64,000 bases of DNA from Alphaproteobacteria bacterium (lineage in GTDB: Bacteria > Pseudomonadota > Alphaproteobacteria > SHVZ01): contig JAYRJL010000007.1 of assembly GCA_041906305.1 (NCBI GenBank), positions 196,042 to 260,041 on the forward strand, written 5' to 3'. The notes under the pieces were generated by a model. That model was not told the origin of the DNA. It saw nothing but the letters and a program-made list of their open reading frames with translations, and ran no database searches. How positions within the stretch are numbered: the first letter of the stretch is position 1; each line of letters begins with the position of its first letter. Both the position numbers and the translations under genes were made by a program. Positions 16,468-23,792 of this stretch are shown piece by piece.

Positions 16468-17454
16468 ATGCTGGGCTTCATCATCAAGCGCCTGTTGTGG
16501 ATGATTCCGTCGCTGTTCGCCGTCAGCTTCCTGGCGTTCGTGCTGATCCAGCTTCCGCCCGGCGACTACGTCACCACCTACATCGCGACCCTCGCGGCCT
16601 CGAACGAGATCGTCGACCAGAATGCGGCGGCGGAGCTGCGTTCGCGCTTCGGCCTCGACCAGCCGTTCATCTTCCAGTACTTCAAGTGGATCACCGGCAT
16701 CGTGCTCCGGGGCGACTTCGGCCTCAGCTTCGAGTGGCAGCAGCCCGTCTCCGAGCTGATCTGGGAGCGCATGGCGCTGACCCTGATCGTCACCTTCTCC
16801 ACGCTGATGATGACCTGGGCGATCGCGTTCCCGATCGGCGTCTACTCGGCCGTGAAGCAGTATTCGATCGGCGACTACCTCGCGACCTTCCTGGGGTTCC
16901 TCGGCCTCGCCATCCCGTCCTTCCTGCTGGCGCTGGTGCTGATGTACATCGCGGTCGTCCAGTTCGGTCAGGACGTCGGCGGCCTGTTCTCGCAGGAGTT
17001 CCAGACGGCCCCTTGGAGCTGGGCCAAGTTCCGCGACCTTCTCGACCACATGCTGATCCCGGTGGTGATCCTCGCCACCAACGGCACCGCCAGCCTGATC
17101 CGCATCATGCGTGCCAACATGCTGGACGAGCTGCATCGGCCTTATGTCACGACGGCGCGGGCGAAGGGCCTCTCCGAATTCCGCCTGCTGCTCAAGTATC
17201 CGGTCAGGCTCGCGATCAACCCCTTCATTTCGACCATCGGCTGGCTGTTGCCGAACCTGATCTCGGGCGCGCTCATCGTCGCCGTCGTCATGAGTCTGCC
17301 GCTTGCCGGGCCGCTGCTGCTGCAGTCGCTGATGAGCCAGGACATGTATCTCGCCGGCGCGTTCATCCTGCTGCTGTGCACGCTGACCCTGATAGGAACC
17401 CTGATCAGCGACCTTCTGCTTGCGCTGGTCGATCCGCGCATCCGGTTCGAGTGA
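16468..17454 (+). CDS. ABC transporter permease (DppB/OppB-like)
   Basis: Trimmed to ATG 16468 (MLGFIIKRLLWMIPSLF, the canonical permease N-terminus), 328 aa. EAA-loop region YVTTARAKGLSE. Confidence 0.9.
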   Translation: MLGFIIKRLLWMIPSLFAVSFLAFVLIQLPPGDYVTTYIATLAASNEIVDQNAAAELRSRFGLDQPFIFQYFKWITGIVLRGDFGLSFEWQQPVSELIWERMALTLIVTFSTLMMTWAIAFPIGVYSAVKQYSIGDYLATFLGFLGLAIPSFLLALVLMYIAVVQFGQDVGGLFSQEFQTAPWSWAKFRDLLDHMLIPVVILATNGTASLIRIMRANMLDELHRPYVTTARAKGLSEFRLLLKYPVRLAINPFISTIGWLLPNLISGALIVAVVMSLPLAGPLLLQSLMSQDMYLAGAFILLLCTLTLIGTLISDLLLALVDPRIRFE

Positions 17455-17458
17455 CCCG

Positions 17459-18610
17459 ATGACCGCCAAGACCGAAACCCTGCCGCCGGAAGCCCCGGCG
17501 CCGACGCCCGCCGCCTCGCGCTTCGCCTCGGCCTCGCAGTGGCAGCTCGTGTGGTGGTCCTTCCGCAAGCACAAGCTGGCGATGCTCGGCGCCATCGTCA
17601 CGCTGATCATCTACGTCGTCGCGGCGGTGCCGGATTTCTTCGCCACCACCGACCCCAGCCAGCAGAACGCCCGCGCGGTCTATCACCCGCCGCAGCCGCT
17701 GCACTTCTTCGCGACCCTGCCGGACGGAAGCACCAGCTTCGTGCCGCATGTGAAACCGATGCTGCTCAAGCGCGATCCGGTGACGCTGGCGCCGATCTAT
17801 TCCGAGGATCCGGCGCGCCGGATCGACCTCCGCTTCTTCGCGGAGGGCTACTCCTATCACCTGTTCGGCCTGATCCCGACCAACATCCACCTGATCGGCA
17901 GCACCGATCCGCGCCAGCAGATATTCTTCCTCGGATCCGACCGCCTCGGCCGCGACGTCTGGAGCCGCATCGTCAAGGGCTGCCAGATCTCGATGTCGAT
18001 CGGCCTGGTCGGCGTGTTCATGTCGCTCTTGATCGGCATCATCCTCGGCGGCATATCGGGCTACTACGGCGGCCGCATCGACTTCGTGATCCAGCGCGTG
18101 ATCGAGTTCATCCTGGCCTTGCCGACCATCCCGATCTGGCTGGCGCTGGCCGCGGCCTTGCCGCAGGACTGGCCGGCGCTGCTCCACTATTTCATGATCA
18201 CGCTGATCCTCTCGCTGGTGGGATGGGCGCAGCTCGCGCGTGTCGTGCGCGGACGCTTCCTCAGCCTCCGGACCGAGGACTTCGTCACCGCCGCTCGTCT
18301 CGACGGCTGCTCGGAGATGCGCATCATCTTCCGGCATATGCTGCCGAGCTTCATGAGCCACATCGTCGCCAGCGTCACGCTGGCGATTCCGGCGATGATC
18401 CTGGCCGAGACGGCGCTGTCGTTCCTCGGCCTCGGCCTGCAGCCCCCGGTGATCTCCTGGGGCGTGCTGCTGCGCGAGGCGCAGAACATCCGCTCGATCG
18501 CGACCGCTCCCTGGCTGTTCGCCCCGGGCGCGGCGGTGGTGATCGCCGTCCTGGCCCTCAATTTCCTCGGCGACGGTCTCCGCGACGCGGCCGATCCGTA
18601 CAACAAATGA
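17459..18610 (+). CDS. ABC transporter permease (DppC/OppC-like)
   Basis: Trimmed to ATG 17459 (MTAKTETLPP...), 383 aa. Blocks LGSDRLGRDVWSRI and FVTAARLDGCSEMRIIFRHMLP. Confidence 0.88.
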   Translation: MTAKTETLPPEAPAPTPAASRFASASQWQLVWWSFRKHKLAMLGAIVTLIIYVVAAVPDFFATTDPSQQNARAVYHPPQPLHFFATLPDGSTSFVPHVKPMLLKRDPVTLAPIYSEDPARRIDLRFFAEGYSYHLFGLIPTNIHLIGSTDPRQQIFFLGSDRLGRDVWSRIVKGCQISMSIGLVGVFMSLLIGIILGGISGYYGGRIDFVIQRVIEFILALPTIPIWLALAAALPQDWPALLHYFMITLILSLVGWAQLARVVRGRFLSLRTEDFVTAARLDGCSEMRIIFRHMLPSFMSHIVASVTLAIPAMILAETALSFLGLGLQPPVISWGVLLREAQNIRSIATAPWLFAPGAAVVIAVLALNFLGDGLRDAADPYNK

Positions 18611-20319
18611 CCGCAGCTTCCGACCAGCCGATCATCTCGATCCGCGACCTGCACACCCACTTCCCCGTCCGCGACGGCGTTGTGAAGGCGGTCGACGGCG
18701 TCTCCTTCGACCTTTCGCGCGGCAAGACCGTCTGTGTCGTCGGCGAATCCGGTTCCGGCAAGAGCGTGACCGCGCGCTCGATCCTCCAGATCGTCGACAA
18801 GCCGGGAAGGGTGGTGAAGGGCCAGATCGTCTTCAATCGCAACGACGGCACCTCGGTCGACCTCGCGGCCCTGAATCCCCGCGGCAGCGAGATCCGCTCG
18901 GTGCGCGGCGCCGAGATCGCGATGATCTTCCAGGAGCCGATGTCGTCCTTGTCGCCGGTGCACACGATCGGCAACCAGATCACTGAGGTCCTGAAGCTCC
19001 ATCTCGGCATGAGCAAGAAGGAGGCGACGGATCGCGCGGTCGACCTGCTGCGGGCGGTCGAGATTCCGAACCCCGAGCGCGCGGTCGAGCGCTACACCTT
19101 CGAATACTCCGGCGGCATGCGTCAGCGCGCGATGATCGCGATGGCGCTCGCCTGCAATCCGCAGGTGCTGATCGCCGACGAGCCGACCACGGCGCTCGAC
19201 GTGACCACGCAGGCGGAAATCCTCGACCTGATGAAGCGCCTCCAGTCGGAGCGCGGCATGGCGGTCATGTTCATCACCCACGACATGGGGGTCGTCGCCG
19301 AGATCGCCGACGAGGTCGTGGTCATGTATCAGGGCAAGGTGGTCGAGCGCGGGCCGGTCGAGCAGATCTTCCACGCGCCCCAGGACCCTTATACCCAGAT
19401 GCTGCTGGGCAACGTGCTGAAGCTGGAGCAGCCGTCCCAGATCCGGGCCGTGCGCACGCCGGTCCCGGCCGAGGAGCCGCCGCTGCTCGACGTGCGCGGC
19501 CTGAAGATGCACTTCCCGATCCGGAAGGGCTTCTTCCGAAAGGTCGTCGACCAGGTGCGCGCGGTCGACGACGTCGACATCGTCGTGCGCGCAGGGGAGA
19601 CCCTCGGTATCGTCGGCGAGTCCGGCTCAGGGAAAACCACGCTCGGCCGCTGCCTGCTCCGCGTCTACGAGCCGACCGCCGGCCAGATCCTCTATCGTCG
19701 TACCAATGGCAGCGTCACCGATGTGGCATCGCTCGAGTCCGACAAGCTCCGCGAGTGCCGGCGCGAGATGCGCATGATCTTCCAGGATCCGTTCGCGTCC
19801 CTGAACCCGCGCATGACGGTCGGCCAGATCATCGGCGAGCCGCTGCTCGTCAATGGGCTCGCCGAGGGCTCGGAACTGCAGGACCGCGTCTCGGGCCTCC
19901 TGACCCGGGTCGGGCTGAACCCGGATTGGGCCGAGCGCTATCCGCATGCCTTCTCCGGCGGCCAGCGGCAGCGGATCGGCATCGCCCGCGCGCTTGCCCT
20001 GAGCCCCCGCCTGATCGTCGCCGACGAGGCGACCTCGGCGCTCGACGTCTCGCTGCGTGCCCAGATGCTGGACCTGATGCTGCAGCTGCAGGACGAGCTC
20101 AAGCTCGCCTATGTCTTCGTCAGCCACGACATCAGCGTGATCCGCTACATCTGCGACCGCGTCGCGGTGATGTACCGGGGCAAGGTGGTCGAGACCGGCG
20201 ACGCCGAGCAGGTCTGCAACGATCCGGTTCACGGCTACACCAAGGCGCTGCTCTCGGCCGTGCCGCGTCCAGATCCGCGCGAGCGCCGGATCCAGCACCG
20301 CCACCGCTACGTGAACTAG
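18607..20319 (+). CDS. fused double-NBD ABC ATPase (DppD-DppF type)
   Basis: Trimmed from track ORF 17539..20319 to ATG 18607 (ATGA overlap with the permease stop), 570 aa. Two Walker A sites (GESGSGKS twice) and two LSGGxxQR signatures. Confidence 0.92.
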   Translation: MTAASDQPIISIRDLHTHFPVRDGVVKAVDGVSFDLSRGKTVCVVGESGSGKSVTARSILQIVDKPGRVVKGQIVFNRNDGTSVDLAALNPRGSEIRSVRGAEIAMIFQEPMSSLSPVHTIGNQITEVLKLHLGMSKKEATDRAVDLLRAVEIPNPERAVERYTFEYSGGMRQRAMIAMALACNPQVLIADEPTTALDVTTQAEILDLMKRLQSERGMAVMFITHDMGVVAEIADEVVVMYQGKVVERGPVEQIFHAPQDPYTQMLLGNVLKLEQPSQIRAVRTPVPAEEPPLLDVRGLKMHFPIRKGFFRKVVDQVRAVDDVDIVVRAGETLGIVGESGSGKTTLGRCLLRVYEPTAGQILYRRTNGSVTDVASLESDKLRECRREMRMIFQDPFASLNPRMTVGQIIGEPLLVNGLAEGSELQDRVSGLLTRVGLNPDWAERYPHAFSGGQRQRIGIARALALSPRLIVADEATSALDVSLRAQMLDLMLQLQDELKLAYVFVSHDISVIRYICDRVAVMYRGKVVETGDAEQVCNDPVHGYTKALLSAVPRPDPRERRIQHRHRYVN

Positions 20320-20332
20320 GCAGAGCTGGCGG

Positions 20333-20659
20333 GTGATCCACCAGCTCCGCATCTACGAGATCTTCGAGCACAACAAGGCGGCCTTCCATGCGCGCTTCCG
20401 CGATCACGCGGCGCGGCTGATGAAGACGTACGGCTTCGAGATCAAGGCGATGTGGGAATGCCGGACCGAGGCGCACACCGAGTTCGTCTACGTCCTCGCC
20501 TGGCCGGACGAGGCGACGATGCGCGAGCGCTGGGCCGCCTTCATGGCGGACGAGGAGTGGAAGCGCATCAAGAAGGAAACGAGCGCCGTATCGGGGCCGA
20601 TGGTCGGCGAGATCGAGGAGCGCGTCCTTCATCCGACCGGCTACTCGCCGCCGTTCTGA
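20333..20659 (+). CDS. NIPSNAP family protein
   Basis: 108 aa, GTG start. The pattern IHQLRIYEI...FHARFRDHAARLMKTYGFEI...WPDEATMRERW fits the NIPSNAP/dimeric alpha-beta barrel family. Confidence 0.8.
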   Translation: MIHQLRIYEIFEHNKAAFHARFRDHAARLMKTYGFEIKAMWECRTEAHTEFVYVLAWPDEATMRERWAAFMADEEWKRIKKETSAVSGPMVGEIEERVLHPTGYSPPF

Positions 20660-20757
20660 CGGCTCTGGAGCCGTTCGGCCTCAGAATTGACCTGGATCAA
20701 TGCATGTCGTGATCGACCCGAGGACCCTCTTCATCGGAGAACTTGGGGAGTTCGGAT

Positions 20758-20907
20758 ATGCATGAAGTCTTCCTGCCGATCATGATCATGATCTTCACCC
20801 TCATGGTGATGGCCGGGCTGGTGATCGTTTTCCGCGGCTGGATGGTCGAGCGCGACAAGATAATCGAGGGTAAAGGCGACCGGCCGCTGGGCGCACCGGC
20901 CGAGTAG
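20758..20907 (+). CDS. candidate small single-TM protein (49 aa), not in ORF track
   Basis: ATG 20758 with GGGGAG about 7 nt upstream. Sequence MHEVFLPIMIMIFTLMVMAGLVIVFRGWMVERDKIIEGKGDRPLGAPAE. My count gives 42 of 49 codons G/C-ending, like real genes here. It lies in an otherwise empty 306-nt gap. Confidence 0.5.
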   Translation: MHEVFLPIMIMIFTLMVMAGLVIVFRGWMVERDKIIEGKGDRPLGAPAE

Positions 20908-20917
20908 CTCGATCGTT

Positions 20918-20949
20918 CGCCCTCTCCCGCGGCGAGACGGGGGAGGGCG
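20918..20949. repeat. short CCCTCTCCC / GGGGGAGGG hairpin (12-bp stem with one G-U) between convergent genes
   Basis: CGCCCTCTCCCG-cggcgaga-CGGGGGAGGGCG. Neither side has a T-run, so it looks more like the REP core than a canonical terminator. Confidence 0.5.
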
Positions 20950-20965
20950 GCGATCTCGGCTCAAA

Positions 20966-22363
20966 TCAGTCGTCGGCAGCGATCGCGAGCGTGCGGCTCG
21001 CGGTCTTGCGTGCCGGCTTCGCTGCATTTTGCGACTTCACCGGTGCCAGGACCAGGTCCACGAGCGCGCGGGCATCGGCCTTCGGCCGGTCCATCGCCAT
21101 GGCCTCGGCGAGGATCTTCTCCGTGCGAGCCTTGCCGAGCACGACCTCGGTGGTGAGGCGGTACTTGGCGACTATGCCGTCGGCGCCGAGCGGCCGCTCG
21201 GGATCGCCGAGCGCTTCGGTCGGCTCCGATTTCAGCACGCGTCCGTCCTTGGTGGTCAGCGTCACGCGCGCGATCCGGCGGGCCGGAAACTCGGCGGTCA
21301 ACTTCAGATCCTCGGTCAGGTCGATGCCGCGCGAGAGCTTCAGCACGCGCGGATCGGTCAGGCCCTTGCCGTCGACCTCGCGGGCGGTGACCTTGCCATG
21401 GACGATCGCCACGGCGACCGGGAAGGGGAGGCTGTACTGCGCCTCCTCGGTGGTCTTCGGCGCGCGGGTCGCGAGACGGACCGCGTTGTGGAAGGTCTCG
21501 ACCTTGATCTTGGCGATGTCCGCGCCCTTTACGCCGTGCTTCTTGAGCAGCCCGAGGCTGGCCGTGATCGGCGGCTGGGCCCAGCGGCAGACCGGATAGG
21601 GCTTGAAGTACATCTCCATGATCCGCCAGCGCTTGCCGAGGTCGCGCCAGAGATCGGCGACGTCGTCGCCCTCCCAGACCAGCGCCGGCGCGCCGGTGAA
21701 CCCGGCCTTGGCCAGCAGTGCCGCGCTGACGCCGGCCATGGCGCCCCAGCCGGAGCCGTCCTTCACCATGGTCGGGAAATCGATGCAGCGCATCATCTGA
21801 CTGCGGGGACCGTGATACTCGGCGATGCCGAGCGCCTCGCGGGTGAGAGCCGGGGAGAGTTTCATCCAGCGCGCCATGACCGCGGCGGCGCCGAGCGAGT
21901 TCCACGATCCGGAGGTGTGATAGTCCTTCGCCGTCCGGTGGGTGGCGATCCCGGCGCGGATCGCGATCTCGTAGCCGATGATCAGGCTCACCAGGAACTC
22001 GCGGCCGGAGATCTTCTTCTGAGGGTCGCAGAGGGCAAGCAGGGTCGGCAGGATCGCGACGCCGGCATGGCCCTTGGTCAGCACATGGCCGTCATGGGAG
22101 TCGAAGGCGTCGATGGTGATGCCGCCGGCCATGGCGGCGCCGGCCGGGCCGACCTTGCGGCCGTCCAGCATCAGGCGGACGGCGTTCTTGCCCGCCCCGA
22201 AGGTCTCGACCGCGTGGTCGCGGATGATCCGCGACATGGCCGTCTCGCTGCCGGCCGCCGCCGCGCCGATGAGGTCCACGAGGCAGAGCTTCGCCTGCTC
22301 GACCACCTTCGCCGGAAGGTCGTCGAACTTGAGCTTGTGGATGAAGTCCATCGGCGCGGGCAT
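20966..22363 (-). CDS. MmgE/PrpD family protein
   Basis: 465 aa. PrpD-family layout: N-terminal FIHKLKFDDLPAKVVEQAKLCLVDLIG, plus HAGVAILPTLLA and YFKPYPVCRWAQ. Confidence 0.88.
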   Translation of the reverse strand: MPAPMDFIHKLKFDDLPAKVVEQAKLCLVDLIGAAAAGSETAMSRIIRDHAVETFGAGKNAVRLMLDGRKVGPAGAAMAGGITIDAFDSHDGHVLTKGHAGVAILPTLLALCDPQKKISGREFLVSLIIGYEIAIRAGIATHRTAKDYHTSGSWNSLGAAAVMARWMKLSPALTREALGIAEYHGPRSQMMRCIDFPTMVKDGSGWGAMAGVSAALLAKAGFTGAPALVWEGDDVADLWRDLGKRWRIMEMYFKPYPVCRWAQPPITASLGLLKKHGVKGADIAKIKVETFHNAVRLATRAPKTTEEAQYSLPFPVAVAIVHGKVTAREVDGKGLTDPRVLKLSRGIDLTEDLKLTAEFPARRIARVTLTTKDGRVLKSEPTEALGDPERPLGADGIVAKYRLTTEVVLGKARTEKILAEAMAMDRPKADARALVDLVLAPVKSQNAAKPARKTASRTLAIAADD

Positions 22364-22367
22364 CGGG

Positions 22368-23714
22368 TCAGCTCCAGGGGAACGGGCTGTTGGAGACCGG
22401 GTGAAGCTTGCCCTCGGGGAAGCGGGAGATCCGGAACGGCTCGAGCAGTCGGCTCTTGGTGCCGCTGACGATCTCGCCGGCTGCGAGCTTGCCGACCGCG
22501 ATCATCTTATAGCCGTGGTTGGAGTCGGCGAGGATGTAGACGTTATCCCGGAAGACATCGAACACCGGGAAGCTGTCGGGGGTGAAGCATCCGAGGCCGC
22601 CCGAGGGCTCGTGCTTCCATTTGTGCGCCTGGCCGGAATAGCGCTTCTGGCAGAAGGCGAGCGCCGAGGTGAACATGTGCGCGAAGTTCTGGTCGACGAT
22701 GAATTCAGGCGAATCAGGGCCATAGGGATCGATCTTCACCTCGTCTACCGGCGTCTCGACCTTGTACGGCATGGCGCCGCCCTGGATGCCGTTGAAGTTG
22801 AAGTCGGGCTTGTAATAGATGCCCCAGAGCTTGTCGGTGATGAGGGAGCCGTCCTCGTCCGAGTGGAGCGGCGCGTCGGTATCGACGTGCATGACCGGGC
22901 CCATCTTGCCGTCGTTCATGAGGCCGTATTTGGGGTCGACGCCGAGGGTCCCTTCCTCCAGGCACCAGTAGGTCCACATGCCGACGCCTTTGTGGGTCTT
23001 GCCGTCGCGGCCCTTGATGTCGACAGTCTTCGGCAACTCCAGCATCCGCCAGACTTGGTTGATCCAGGGGCCGACACCGACCACCACGAAGTCGCACTCG
23101 ATCGTGCCGCGGTCAGTCTCGACCGCCGAGACCGCCTTCGAGTTCGAGGCGAACTTGAAGCCGGTGACCTTGGTCGGGGCGACGATCTGGACGCCCTTGG
23201 ACTCCGCCTTCTTGGCGAGCCCGTACATGGAGGCCCGGTTGTTCGCGTAGCCGCCCTTCTTCTCGTGCAGGACGGAGGTGATGCCCTTGGCCTGCCAGTC
23301 GTCGAACAGGCCCTTCATATACTTGGTGCAGTCGGCCTCGCCTTCAATGAAAACAGAGTCGTAGCCGATGTCTTTCTGCTGCCGGGCGATCTGCCCGACA
23401 TTCTCATGCATCACTTCAGGAGAGATCTGCATGTAGCCGACCGGGTGGTAGGAGAAGGCCTTCGGGTCCGACTCCCAGACCGACACGCATTCGGCCATCA
23501 GCTCGCGCATTGCCGGCTGGAAGTAGTTGTTGCGGATCACCCCGCAGGCGATGCCCGAGGCGCCGGCGGCGATGCCGACCTTGTCGAGGATGACGATGTC
23601 CTTGCCAGATCCCTTGCCCTTGGCTTCGAGCTCGCAGGCGAGGTGGTAGGCGGTCGATAGACCGTGAACGCCGGCTCCGATGACGACGTACTTGGCTTTG
23701 GCGGGAAGGGACAT
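22368..23714 (-). CDS. FAD-dependent oxidoreductase (DAO family, sarcosine-oxidase-beta/opine-oxidase-like)
   Basis: 448 aa. Dinucleotide fold KYVVIGAGVHGLSTAYHLA. GAGGAA SD upstream. 4-nt gap to the downstream PrpD-like gene. Confidence 0.88.
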   Translation of the reverse strand: MSLPAKAKYVVIGAGVHGLSTAYHLACELEAKGKGSGKDIVILDKVGIAAGASGIACGVIRNNYFQPAMRELMAECVSVWESDPKAFSYHPVGYMQISPEVMHENVGQIARQQKDIGYDSVFIEGEADCTKYMKGLFDDWQAKGITSVLHEKKGGYANNRASMYGLAKKAESKGVQIVAPTKVTGFKFASNSKAVSAVETDRGTIECDFVVVGVGPWINQVWRMLELPKTVDIKGRDGKTHKGVGMWTYWCLEEGTLGVDPKYGLMNDGKMGPVMHVDTDAPLHSDEDGSLITDKLWGIYYKPDFNFNGIQGGAMPYKVETPVDEVKIDPYGPDSPEFIVDQNFAHMFTSALAFCQKRYSGQAHKWKHEPSGGLGCFTPDSFPVFDVFRDNVYILADSNHGYKMIAVGKLAAGEIVSGTKSRLLEPFRISRFPEGKLHPVSNSPFPWS

Positions 23715-23792
23715 CTCATTCCTCTGGTAAGCGGGGAGATCATCTCACGTCGCGGACGGGGTCCGTACCTGCCGCAAAACGACCGGCATCGG

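Noticed and set aside
14326-17610. 1094-aa minus-strand ORF, the longest in this part of the window
   Set aside because: It runs antisense across three recognisable plus-strand genes (SBP and two permeases). Its composition is dominated by R, D, E, H, G and A, with no domain signature. Stop codons are simply rare in this frame of GC-rich DNA.
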